NCBI GenBank assembly: GCA_046570105.1
Contig: JBKHVI010000024.1
Coordinates: 1 to 38,804, forward strand
DNA: 38,804 nt
DNA from: Bacteriovoracia bacterium
GTDB lineage: Bacteria > Bdellovibrionota > Bacteriovoracia > Bacteriovoracales > Bacteriovoracaceae
Reading direction: 5' to 3'
Shown: positions 1 through 9,255 of the stretch, piece after piece
Numbering within the stretch: the first letter of the stretch is position 1
Layout of the letters: every line of letters begins with the position of its first letter
Translations under genes and position numbers: made by a program
Notes under the pieces: model-generated
The model's input: the letters and a program-made list of their open reading frames with translations, nothing else
Database searches by the model: none
Told to the model about the DNA's origin: nothing

Positions 1-597
1 ATTATGCTCACTCATCACCATCCTGATCATCACGAAAATGCACCAGCGCTGGCACGACACTATCAAGTGCCGATGTGGATGAGCGAAGACACTCATACGC
101 GTTTAAAACACATCGATCGCGACTATTTTAAAGATATCAGCATTAAGCTGCTCAAAGAGGGAGATAGAGTCTCTAGTTGGCTTGGTTCTCCTTTAAAGGT
201 AGTCGCTGTGCCTGGTCATGACGAAGGACAGCTGGCGCTTATGCCGGAGAATAAAGGCTGGTTTCTAGCAGGGGATCTCTTTCAAGGCATTGGTACCGTT
301 GTGATTGGCGATGATGAAGGAGATATGGCGAAATATTTCAATACACTTGAGAAAGTTATCAAGCTCTCTCCCAGGGTCATCTTTCCATCTCATGGCATCG
401 GATTAGGAACGACTTTCATATTAGAGAAAACGCTCGAGCATCGTAAAATGCGTGAGGAACAGGTCAAGCGACTCAACTCTGAGGGAAAGTCAGAGGACGA
501 GATACTACACTTACTCTATAGCGACATTGACGAAGGATTATTAAAATACGCCCGAAAAAATATTCGTTCTCATTTGAAGAAAATTATTTCCAACTAA
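1..597 (+). CDS. Metallo-beta-lactamase-fold hydrolase (LACTB2-like), 5'-truncated by the window edge
   Basis: THHHPDH (HxHxDH) motif, PGH, GD and PSHG metal-ligand motifs, short C-terminal helical domain. The frame is open from position 1. Confidence 0.88.
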   Translation: MMLTHHHPDHHENAPALARHYQVPMWMSEDTHTRLKHIDRDYFKDISIKLLKEGDRVSSWLGSPLKVVAVPGHDEGQLALMPENKGWFLAGDLFQGIGTVVIGDDEGDMAKYFNTLEKVIKLSPRVIFPSHGIGLGTTFILEKTLEHRKMREEQVKRLNSEGKSEDEILHLLYSDIDEGLLKYARKNIRSHLKKIISN

Positions 598-599
598 TT

Positions 600-3197
600 T
601 TATTCGTCTTCAAAGGCTTCTGGATCAAACCCCTTATCTCCAAATAATTTTTCCATACCTGTTGTTTGGTATCGGTTTGATAAGATATCGAAGATATTTG
701 ACGATTTATCATCATTGATATCATTCATATTGTACTCAAAATTAGCTTCTGCCATGTTAGCTTCTTCCTTCACTTCGACAGGAGAAGTGTTGCCAGTCGC
801 ATTGAAATCATCCAACGAGAAGTTGTCGGCTGCAGATTGATTGGTTACCCCATTGAGTGGAGAAGCAGGATTGTACAAAGAATCGTTTAAGGATTTTAAA
901 ACATCTTTTGGATCAGCTTTACCTAATCCATCTAATGCTGGAGCACTGGCGCCAAAACCAGCAAAACCTGTCGTGGGATATGTGTTACCATTTAAACGAC
1001 CCTTTGAAATACTGGCCAGCTGTCGATCTAAATGATTTTTTAGCTTACCAACATTATTTCGGGCCTTTTCTATATTCGTTTTTGCTTTTGGATTTTTAGC
1101 CAGAATCACGTCTTTGATATTGGCAATCCTCGATGCAAAAAGCCCTGTATTGAAATTACTAACCTCAGCAGCATCAAGCGCACCACTCATTAATCCATTT
1201 GCCATATCCTGTGCTGGCATAATCGAGTTGATAAGACTCGGAGGCATTTTGGAAGATGTTAGACCTACTGACATACATGTCTTGGTCGCCACGCAGCTAC
1301 AACCCATATCAAGGGAGGATTTTGACATACAAATTTTCGATTTATTCGTGGTGCTATTCGCTAGGTTTTTGGAGTTAAGATTCGGTTTGCCTCCAAAAAG
1401 ATTTTTACAGACATCAGATTTTGATCGAGCAGGGTTGAGTTCTCCCGATTCGCCATAGCAGTAACAACTTGGATTGGTGTGGTCATCGCGATTACTGCAA
1501 CCAAATTCTGTTCCCGCGGCGGTCACCTGTGTCTTTAATTTTTCAATAGCTGATTGTCGACTTTTTGCCACATCGGCTTGCTTATCGTAATGATCTAAAG
1601 TGGCCTTACTATAGGCGGCCATGAGACCTCCCATAACAAGTCTAGTGTAGGGTGAAGCGAAAAACTTTACGATACCTCCGTAAACAGGAGCGGTGGCGAC
1701 TTTAGTCGCTTCTTCAATCTTTAATTTAAACTCTTTGAGAGGTGGAATTTCCGGCAAAAGCTTAAGAGATTTAAGAGATTCAAGGGCTATCGGAGTAATG
1801 GGAATCATCGAGGCGACTGCCACCTCGGCCACTCTTTTAGGAACTTCCAGAACCATAATCTTAGCAGTACATTTCTTTTCTAGATACTTCGCACATTTGC
1901 TTCTACTGTCTTCCGCCCTGGTAGCAGATTTTGCGCCAAACTTTCCATTCATGGCATCCACCGAACTGATTTTTCCACCAATTGCTCCAGCCTTGGCCCC
2001 CACGCATGATTTCAAGTCTTCAATACCGAAGTCACAATTTTTATAATTAAAAGTCATTTGTGAACCAGTCTGACCTGGCTTCTCGCAGTCACATTTGACT
2101 CCGGTCGCACCTTTTATTCTTGTTTCGTATGCTGCACTCGCTTGAGCAAATGCTTTAGGGAAAAGCATTTGATCCATCAGACCATTGAAAGCTTTTAAGC
2201 TCGAACCTAATGGCGATTTATCTGCTATAACATTCAGGTATCTATCATATTCATCAAAATTAATTGCATAGATATCGCTATTGCGCATTTTCATTGTGAA
2301 ACTGATCTGAAAAAGAAGCTCTTCAGCGCTGGTGGGATTGAAATGATAGGCCGATTTTTTATCTAGCTCCACTAGCCATGTCTCATAGGTCACTTTGTTC
2401 ATGTTTTCAAAATAATCAACTAAATATTGATCACGTGCCTCTAGACTAGGAAGAGCGTTCTGTGGATGAGTCGCATAGAGGTTTTTGCATTCAGTAAATA
2501 AAGAGCCTCCCCATGCCGTAGATGCAATTTCAAAAGCTGATAGTGCCGTTGAGGCGGTATAGGCCACAAATGCGGCCGTGTACCATCCTTTTTTAGCCTT
2601 TGCTATTTCTGCAATAAGACTTTGCTGATCGGCCATAACTTGAAAGGCCTGCGCCTGAATATCTGTCGCACTGGCCTGTTCGTTAGATTTTTTTGCATCC
2701 TCTTCAATCGTCTGGAAACGTTTTTTCATGTCATCAAGCTTGCCGCTGTACTGAATAGAGGTCCAGATTTCACCTAGGGCCGCGACGATGGCGCCACCAC
2801 CAAGAGCGTAAAGCGAGTAGGCTTGATTACAGTCTGCACTTTCCTGTGAGCTAAGAAGGACAACAGCTGCTCCACCAAGTGCAAACCCATTTAAAGCCAG
2901 TGACCAAATCTTATTTCCAGCAAAATTTCCTTTACCAACATTTTTACTGATTTCTCCAGAAGCTTCTTTTTCCGCCACCGCATTTTGAGCGGCCTGCTCA
3001 AAACATTGATTACGGGCCGTGCCTTCTTGTTGCATACAGGCCGCTTCGCTTTGTTTTACACGAGAGGCTGCTTCAGTTGTTAAACAACGGTTCAACTGAG
3101 GACTAAAACTTAGTCCAGTTGGACATCCCGTTTCAGCGTTTAATGTCAGTGGTATCAATAACAAGAGGACTAATTTTTTCATCACTTTAGAATCCAT
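600..3197 (-). CDS. Large secreted Cys-rich hypothetical protein with several hydrophobic helices (865 aa)
   Basis: Long ORF with signal peptide MKKLVLLLLIPLTLNA, many Cys pairs, 4 hydrophobic segments and C-terminal DINxDxxxNIFDILSNRY motif. Confidence 0.85.
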   Translation of the reverse strand: MDSKVMKKLVLLLLIPLTLNAETGCPTGLSFSPQLNRCLTTEAASRVKQSEAACMQQEGTARNQCFEQAAQNAVAEKEASGEISKNVGKGNFAGNKIWSLALNGFALGGAAVVLLSSQESADCNQAYSLYALGGGAIVAALGEIWTSIQYSGKLDDMKKRFQTIEEDAKKSNEQASATDIQAQAFQVMADQQSLIAEIAKAKKGWYTAAFVAYTASTALSAFEIASTAWGGSLFTECKNLYATHPQNALPSLEARDQYLVDYFENMNKVTYETWLVELDKKSAYHFNPTSAEELLFQISFTMKMRNSDIYAINFDEYDRYLNVIADKSPLGSSLKAFNGLMDQMLFPKAFAQASAAYETRIKGATGVKCDCEKPGQTGSQMTFNYKNCDFGIEDLKSCVGAKAGAIGGKISSVDAMNGKFGAKSATRAEDSRSKCAKYLEKKCTAKIMVLEVPKRVAEVAVASMIPITPIALESLKSLKLLPEIPPLKEFKLKIEEATKVATAPVYGGIVKFFASPYTRLVMGGLMAAYSKATLDHYDKQADVAKSRQSAIEKLKTQVTAAGTEFGCSNRDDHTNPSCYCYGESGELNPARSKSDVCKNLFGGKPNLNSKNLANSTTNKSKICMSKSSLDMGCSCVATKTCMSVGLTSSKMPPSLINSIMPAQDMANGLMSGALDAAEVSNFNTGLFASRIANIKDVILAKNPKAKTNIEKARNNVGKLKNHLDRQLASISKGRLNGNTYPTTGFAGFGASAPALDGLGKADPKDVLKSLNDSLYNPASPLNGVTNQSAADNFSLDDFNATGNTSPVEVKEEANMAEANFEYNMNDINDDKSSNIFDILSNRYQTTGMEKLFGDKGFDPEAFEDE

Positions 3198-3378
3198 TAA
3201 ATTAAAGCCCGGTGATTAACGTATTGTTATTTTATGTGACAAAGACATCACATATTAAATCATGTTTAGTTGTCTTATTATCGTCTATCTTTATCGATCC
3301 AGATAGTTGAAATGACGAAGATGTTTCCTAAATAGAAAAGCCAAATGAGAGAGGCTTACTGACCTGAATAATAGGCAT

Positions 3379-3409
3379 AAAAAAGCCCCTCAAAAGAGGG
3401 GCTTTTTTT
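3379..3409. terminator. Intrinsic terminator, bidirectional form (serves the minus-strand gene ending at 3411)
   Basis: AAAAAAGCCCCTC-AAAA-GAGGGGCTTTTTTT. Confidence 0.9.
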
Positions 3410-3410
3410 A

Positions 3411-3629
3411 TTAGTTCAAATGTGTCTGATGAATATAGAGGCGATAGATCTTGTCTTTCGTGCGACGGATGGCGAAGTTTCCTGATTCTTTTTGAGAAAC
3501 AAGAAATTCATAATATTCAGGTTTGGTATCAGCGATTTCCAAAACTGATTTTCCTTCGAATTCTCCAAAATCAATAACGACTTTGTCTTCTTCGATAATT
3601 CCTGTGAGCGGGCTTTGCCACTGCGCCAT
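3411..3629 (-). CDS. Small hypothetical protein (72 aa) with a DUF3820/ExoX-C-like FGxxxG motif
   Basis: Start moved to ATG at 3629, which has a GGAGGG SD. IDFGEFEGKSVLEI..PEYYEFL resembles the MPFGKYKGxxIxxIPxxYLxW pattern. Confidence 0.7.
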   Translation of the reverse strand: MAQWQSPLTGIIEEDKVVIDFGEFEGKSVLEIADTKPEYYEFLVSQKESGNFAIRRTKDKIYRLYIHQTHLN

Positions 3630-3736
3630 ATCTATCCCTCCTTGGATATTAAACTGCACCTAAAAACAGGATGTGATGGATGAGGAGACTTTGAAAAGTC
3701 TTTTAAGACTGACTATGTCTCTCAATGAAGTGAGGC

Positions 3737-4759
3737 TTAGCGAGGATCGCGGAAAAACTGCTTAAGATACACGACAAGGGCCCTGAATTCCTGAGGGTAC
3801 TCGTCGGCAATCATTTTTCTTACTAACTCTAACGACTGATAGACGGTGAGACCCTGGCGATAGGGACGATTCGAGGTCATAGCGACAATCACATCAGAGA
3901 TGGCAACGAGAGTACTCTCAATTCCAAAGGCCATGGCTTCTTCACCATAACGAGGCTTCTCTTTCATCAAAATACGCTTTAAGCGATCGTTTAAGAAGTG
4001 ATGGTGCTTAATGATGGAGAGCTGATTTTTGGTTAAGGGAACGCGGCCATCCAAAATGTCGTGGGAGAATTCAGCGTGGTGAGCAAAAAGTTTTTGATCA
4101 TCAAGGGTAAGGCCCTTCATGTCGTATTTATCTTCCGGAATAATCCCGATCCCGATGTCTTTCATATAGCTAGTCAGAAAAAGAGTTTCAATTTCACGCT
4201 CATGAAACATATGGGTTGATTGTAGGAAACCCAAGAGTAGCACTGAACTCATCATGGGTTGAAGAATAGTGAAATGAAAATTCTCCTTGGCCAGATCTGC
4301 AAAGAAGGTGGATTGGAGTTTTTTATTCTCCATCAAAAACTTACTCATGTTCTGGGTACTTTGAAACTGCTTCATTAACAGCTCATCGTCATGAGGATTT
4401 TGGTAGAGCCCACCAAGATTCAAGGCCATAAGTTTCAGTGCTCGTGCTCCGTTTTCACGCGGATCACCCACAGAGAGAGCACGAGTGACTCGAACGAGTG
4501 CCAACTCTAATTGCTCACGTACTCCCATCAGATCTACGGCATAGAGAAAAACTTCGCGCACTTGTGTACGAATAAGGTTTTGTACTTTTTCTTTACTGGG
4601 GGCGTCCCCGGCTGCGATCACTTCTTGGAACAGACCATCTTGCCAAATATAAACAGGGTGCTTGAGTTTGGTGGCAAGATACAGCTCGCCCGTGAGAATG
4701 GGTTTCAATCTCATGGCCAGTCGATGTTGTTCTAGGGGGGCCGTTATAGCGCCGATCAT
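3737..4759 (-). CDS. Degenerate HD-GYP domain protein
   Basis: MKDIG (for HDIGK), HHH (for HHE), no GYP, and DVIVAMTSNRPYR (HD-GYP C-terminal signature). Confidence 0.8.
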   Translation of the reverse strand: MIGAITAPLEQHRLAMRLKPILTGELYLATKLKHPVYIWQDGLFQEVIAAGDAPSKEKVQNLIRTQVREVFLYAVDLMGVREQLELALVRVTRALSVGDPRENGARALKLMALNLGGLYQNPHDDELLMKQFQSTQNMSKFLMENKKLQSTFFADLAKENFHFTILQPMMSSVLLLGFLQSTHMFHEREIETLFLTSYMKDIGIGIIPEDKYDMKGLTLDDQKLFAHHAEFSHDILDGRVPLTKNQLSIIKHHHFLNDRLKRILMKEKPRYGEEAMAFGIESTLVAISDVIVAMTSNRPYRQGLTVYQSLELVRKMIADEYPQEFRALVVYLKQFFRDPR

Positions 4760-4816
4760 CCCTCTATTTTACTAGAGTCTTAGAGCGGCGCCTAAGAGGG
4801 CCATAATTTCCACTTC

Positions 4817-6565
4817 TTAGCGGAATTTAGCTGGCAACTTTTCGTCCTCAAGCTGCCCAAAAAGCGCCAAAACTTCGCTATGAGGGAGTACATCAGACTT
4901 CATTTCCCCGTAACGGCGGACTGAAACGGTTTGAGCGGCAACTTCGTTATCACCTAAAACGAGCATAAAGGGTGTTTTCCCCATTTGAGCCTCACGGGTC
5001 TTTTTCCCCATACTTTCATTACGGTCATCAACACGAACGCGGAAACCACGCTGCTTGAGCGTCTTTTCAAGTTCACGGGCAGCAGGGAAGTGCGCTTCAG
5101 CAATAGGAATAATAACGGCCTGCTCAGGTGAGAGCCAGAATGGGAATGCTCCGCCGACGTGCTCGAGGTAAACACCTACGAAGCGCTCGAGCGATCCCAA
5201 GAGGGCACGGTGAATAACTACCGGACGCTCCATTTCTCCCAGGGCGTTAGTGAATTTCAAATCGAAGCGCTCAGGCAACTGGAAGTCGAGTTGGATAGTA
5301 CCAAGCTGATGGTAGCGGCCAATGGCATCGGCAATTTGAATATCAATTTTGGGACCATAGAAAGCACCGTCACCAACGTTTTCAAAATACTCTTGGCCTG
5401 AAGCCTCGAGTGCTGCCTTAAGAGCACCTTCGGCTTGATCCCAAGTTTCGTCACTGCCCACACGCATTTCTGGACGAGTGGAAAAACCAATTTTGATTTT
5501 CTCGAAACCGAAATGTTTGTAGCAGGTAAAGAACATGTCCATGAGCGAGAGAACTTCGGCTTGGATATCTGCCGAAGCCAAGAAAATGTGAGCATCGTCC
5601 TGACAGAAAGTACGAACGCGCGTAAGGCCTGCGACCACGCCTGATTTTTCATAACGGTGCAAACGACCGAAGTCCGCAAAGCGCAAAGGAAGATCGCGGT
5701 ATGAATAACGATGATGTGAGAACATCAGCATATGGCATGGACAGTTCATCGGCTTCAAAGCAAACTCACGCTCATCAATATGAGTGAAGTACATGTTCTC
5801 TTTGTATTTTTCGTAATGGCCTGAAGTATGCCAAAGATCAACGTCGAGGACTTGCGGAGTAATGACTTCTTGGTAGCCATACTTTGAATACAAGCGGCGG
5901 ATGAATTCAACCAAACCGTTATAAACGATGGTTCCTTTCGGCATAAAGAAAGGTGAGGCCGGAGCGACTGGATCAAAAATGAAAAGACCTAAATCTTTTC
6001 CGAGTTTACGGTGATCGCGCTTCTTGGCTTCCTCGAGGAAAGTGAGATGCGCTTTAAGATCTTCTTTCGAGTTAAAGCAAACAGCATAGATACGTTGAAG
6101 CATCGGTCGTGAGACATCGCCGCGCCAGTAAGCGCCAGCGGTGTGCTGCAATTTAAAATAGTGCGTAAGATGTGAGGTGCTTTCCACGTGTGGACCAGTA
6201 CAGAGATCGAGGAAATGATCGCCTTGAGTGTAGTAGCTAATCACTTCACCTTCGGGAAAATCTCTGATGAGTTCAAGTTTTAAAGTCTGTCCGCGAGCGG
6301 CAAAAATCTTGAGGGCTTCATCACGAGACACTTCATAGCGAACAATCGGAAGGGCGGCCTTAATGAGCGCCTTCATTTTTTCTTCAATTTGTTTCAGATG
6401 CTCGTCAGTGAGTTTCGTCACCATATCGATGTCGTAATAGAAACCGTGCTCAATGACAGGACCAATTCCAAGCTTCACTGTTTCAGTGGGAAATAACTCA
6501 GTTACGGCCTGGGCCATAAGGTGAGCAGTAGAGTGTCGGATGGTGTCGAGTTCGTACTTGGCCAT
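4817..6565 (-). CDS. thrS: Threonine--tRNA ligase (short form, no N-terminal TGS domain)
   Basis: RHSTAH, DLCTGPH, RDHRKLG, KPMNCP, GAFYGPKID, IHRA motifs. Start MAKYELD at 6565. Confidence 0.98.
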   Translation of the reverse strand: MAKYELDTIRHSTAHLMAQAVTELFPTETVKLGIGPVIEHGFYYDIDMVTKLTDEHLKQIEEKMKALIKAALPIVRYEVSRDEALKIFAARGQTLKLELIRDFPEGEVISYYTQGDHFLDLCTGPHVESTSHLTHYFKLQHTAGAYWRGDVSRPMLQRIYAVCFNSKEDLKAHLTFLEEAKKRDHRKLGKDLGLFIFDPVAPASPFFMPKGTIVYNGLVEFIRRLYSKYGYQEVITPQVLDVDLWHTSGHYEKYKENMYFTHIDEREFALKPMNCPCHMLMFSHHRYSYRDLPLRFADFGRLHRYEKSGVVAGLTRVRTFCQDDAHIFLASADIQAEVLSLMDMFFTCYKHFGFEKIKIGFSTRPEMRVGSDETWDQAEGALKAALEASGQEYFENVGDGAFYGPKIDIQIADAIGRYHQLGTIQLDFQLPERFDLKFTNALGEMERPVVIHRALLGSLERFVGVYLEHVGGAFPFWLSPEQAVIIPIAEAHFPAARELEKTLKQRGFRVRVDDRNESMGKKTREAQMGKTPFMLVLGDNEVAAQTVSVRRYGEMKSDVLPHSEVLALFGQLEDEKLPAKFR

Positions 6566-6661
6566 AAAATCCCCGTCGGTAAGATGCGAAGGCCTTGAGA
6601 CTAGCAAAGGCAGCTCGTTCTTTCAAAGGGATAGCTTGGGAGAAGATAAGAGCCGAAATTA

Positions 6662-6865
6662 TTCTTACAACTGTAAGAACTGCCCCTATAAGAGGAGGGC
6701 CAAAATGCACCCCATGGGCATACCGAGTCAAACTTACAGAGGTATAACTCTCTTAATTCATAGGTAAAACAACCCTCTGAAGGCCCTCCAAAAGGGGTTT
6801 CTTGCTTTTTCGTTTGGAGTGAGGTTTAAGTGTAAGCACTTTTTGTAAGATACCGCTTATCTTAC
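6662..6865. promoter_or_regulatory. Divergent promoter region with repeated TGTAAG/CTTACA motifs and two inverted repeats (candidate operators)
   Basis: TTCTTACA-AC-TGTAAGAA (6662-6679), CTTACA (6733), TGTAAG (6831, 6844), GTAAGATA-CCGCT-TATCTTAC (6845-6865). Confidence 0.5.
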
Positions 6866-6881
6866 TTTCTGGAGGTCCCCG

Positions 6882-8144
6882 ATGACGATGAATCAAGAGA
6901 ACGTACAGATTGAAACGGCCATGGCCAAATCTCTACTCGATCTTAACAAAGATGATCGCTTCCTTGCCCATCTTCCCTCAGACTCCTCTCGCCTAGAGGG
7001 CCAAGGCTACTACCGCCTCGCTAAAGTTTATTACGATAAAGCTGATTTCGAGAAAGCTGAACAGTACTTCCTGAGCTCACTTGAGCGCACGGAACTTCCG
7101 CAAGATGCTTTTGCCGTCTTTAAAATTTATGGATTCTTGATTCGAATTTATTCAGAGGGTCTGAATGAAGCCGATGCGAATAAGTACATCGCCAAATCAA
7201 GCGAAGTCCTCGATCAAGCTGTGGCGACTCTTCCAAGTCTCACCGCCGAATATTTCTACAACTTAGGTGTCGTCGCTACCTATAAAGGCGATTTCCCAGA
7301 AGCTCATAAAAACTTCCAACAGTCTTATCGTAAAGCGCAGATGGAAAATGAGCCGGAGTTGATGGCCAAGTCACTCTACGCACTTTCAACAAATAGCTAT
7401 AACATGTCTCAGTTCGCTGATGCTCTTAATAGCATTGTGCAGTTGAACGAATTGCTGAATATCCTTAAGAAAGGTTACCTCAAGGGCAGCATGCACTTGT
7501 TGTGGGGTAACACTCTTCGCGAACTCGGACAGCATACAGAATCAATGGGTCATTATGAAACGGCTCTCAAGCTCCTTCATGCGAAACGCTGCTGGAACAT
7601 GCATAACTACGTTCTACTGAATAAGGGCGTAGCGATGAAGAAGATGGGAGAGTTTTCAAAAGCTCTCTTGTTGTTCAACCTTGCTCTCCAATCAACTGAT
7701 GATGATAACTTCCGCCGCTTGAAGCAGTTGATCTTGTCGGAAGTAGAAGATGTGAATGATTCAAGTGTTGATCTTTATCTTGATCGTCACAACCGTGTGA
7801 TTCATGAAAAGAGCCTCGGTGTCATCGATTTCAAGCACCGCTTTGTCCTTCTCGAAATCCTCTTCCTCTTAGCGCAAACTCCAGGCATCTATTATAACAA
7901 AGAAGACTTGGCCAAGATGATTTGGAAGGATGAGTACAATCCTTTGATTCACGACAAGTTGATCTACACGAGCATTTCTCGTTTGCGTAAATTGATTGAG
8001 CCAAAGAACGGTAAACGCCAATATATCCTTCGCGGAAAAGACGGCTATACCTTCAACCCACGTATCAATGCTCGCTTCCATCGCGAGAACGATTACATTA
8101 AAGAAAAGAAAATCGGTAACATTGAAATCAGCTCTCCGGTTTAA
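6882..8144 (+). CDS. TPR-repeat protein with C-terminal OmpR/PhoB-type winged-helix DNA-binding domain (putative transcription regulator)
   Basis: Multiple TPR-like helix pairs (YYRLAKVYYDKADFEKAEQYF; YFYNLGVVATYKGDFPEA). C-terminus KEDLAKMIW...TSISRLRKLIE...GYTF. GGAGG SD. Confidence 0.88.
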   Translation: MTMNQENVQIETAMAKSLLDLNKDDRFLAHLPSDSSRLEGQGYYRLAKVYYDKADFEKAEQYFLSSLERTELPQDAFAVFKIYGFLIRIYSEGLNEADANKYIAKSSEVLDQAVATLPSLTAEYFYNLGVVATYKGDFPEAHKNFQQSYRKAQMENEPELMAKSLYALSTNSYNMSQFADALNSIVQLNELLNILKKGYLKGSMHLLWGNTLRELGQHTESMGHYETALKLLHAKRCWNMHNYVLLNKGVAMKKMGEFSKALLLFNLALQSTDDDNFRRLKQLILSEVEDVNDSSVDLYLDRHNRVIHEKSLGVIDFKHRFVLLEILFLLAQTPGIYYNKEDLAKMIWKDEYNPLIHDKLIYTSISRLRKLIEPKNGKRQYILRGKDGYTFNPRINARFHRENDYIKEKKIGNIEISSPV

Positions 8145-8709
8145 TCTCACTCTCATTCTACTTTCTTCACTGTTGCTCATGGGAGCGACAGTGAAGGATC
8201 GTTACTTATTTCGTGTCACTGAAACAGTGGTCGGAGTGCATGACCTTGAAGTGGCGGTAGATGATTTAAAAGCACTCGAGTGTCGTTTTCCTGATTCTCT
8301 TTTGATGTCTTGGTTAGGTGATGGCTTTTCGCCTAAACTCAAAAAAGTCACAGCAGAGTTATTGCAGTCGCAAGAATCAGTTTCTAAAGATCATTCGAAA
8401 GTGATTTTCCTCTCTATGGTCAGGCAAATGTGGAAGGTTTTGGTGTTCACCGATACGCAAGATGTTGTCTTGAAACCAGAGCTTGAGAAACAAGTCATCA
8501 ATGTTGCCGGATGTCCCACCGTACTTTTTACCAAAAAAGAAATGCGCGATTCATTTAAACGCTGGCTAAAAGTCGAAATCTATTTGCGCTCACGTTACGC
8601 ACCGGGTGGCATTACTGAAAATAAAGAGTGGCGTGCCAAGCGCCTCAATTCAATTGCTCAGTTTGTTGATTCTATCGACAAACAAATGTCTCACGAGAAT
8701 TTTTGGTGA
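8122..8709 (+). CDS. Exported hypothetical protein, possibly SurA N-terminal-like
   Basis: TTG start at 8122 gives the signal peptide MKSALRFNLTLILLSSLLLMGA. The following KDRYLFRVTETVVGVHDL resembles the SurA_N start (DRxxAxVNxxxIxxxDL). Start uncertain. Confidence 0.6.
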   Translation: MKSALRFNLTLILLSSLLLMGATVKDRYLFRVTETVVGVHDLEVAVDDLKALECRFPDSLLMSWLGDGFSPKLKKVTAELLQSQESVSKDHSKVIFLSMVRQMWKVLVFTDTQDVVLKPELEKQVINVAGCPTVLFTKKEMRDSFKRWLKVEIYLRSRYAPGGITENKEWRAKRLNSIAQFVDSIDKQMSHENFW

Positions 8710-9149
8710 AGCTCACATCTCCAGCTGCTTGGAGTAAAGATTCTGCCGCTTTTAAGTCAGTGGTGGATTTAGATGCTGAATTCATGAATTACCCTTGGAA
8801 TGAAGCGGAGTGGGAACTCCTTGATAGCTCCAAAAAACTTTTCTTATGGGAAGATGAAGCGGTGTTTGGCTTTGCCCTCTATCAGCTCTCACCTCTAGAA
8901 GAGCTGGCCCATCTTTTAAAAATTGTGGTGCACCCAAGCATTCGCGGCTCTATCGAGAGCTCTGAGTTTTGGCAGGCCCAAGTCAGTGCGTTAAAAAGCC
9001 TAGGCCTAAAGACCATTTACCTCGAAGTGGCGGTGGAAAATGAGCGGGCCCAACGCTTTTACCGTAAGATGGGAGCGCAATTGCTGCGAAGAGTAAAAGG
9101 ATTCTATCGTGATGGCAGTGATGCGCTGACGATGAGTGTAGCAATCTAG
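8706..9149 (+). CDS. rimI: GNAT acetyltransferase, RimI-like
   Basis: YPW, LEVAVENERAQRFYRKMG, GFYRDGSDALTM motifs. GTGA overlap with the upstream stop. Confidence 0.8.
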   Translation: MKLTSPAAWSKDSAAFKSVVDLDAEFMNYPWNEAEWELLDSSKKLFLWEDEAVFGFALYQLSPLEELAHLLKIVVHPSIRGSIESSEFWQAQVSALKSLGLKTIYLEVAVENERAQRFYRKMGAQLLRRVKGFYRDGSDALTMSVAI

Positions 9150-9217
9150 CTCATCTATTTGATTTCTCGACTTCGCTGTGTTATTTATTGGCCCTACCAT
9201 TAAACGCTAAAGCTCTT

Positions 9218-9255
9218 AAGGGTGGATCTCTCCTGGGAATCCGCCCTTTTTTTTT
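9218..9255 (+). promoter_or_regulatory. rimP leader terminator/attenuator hairpin
   Basis: AAGGGTGGAT...ATCCGCCC followed by T9 directly abutting the rimP ATG. No SD. Confidence 0.75.

Noticed and set aside
3271..3315. Sigma28 promoter for the 865-aa gene (two CGATAA hexamers on the minus strand)
   Set aside because: No acceptable -35 element at the correct spacing.
4760..4800. Short inverted repeats after thrS as a terminator
   Set aside because: Only 5-6 bp stems with no U-tract.
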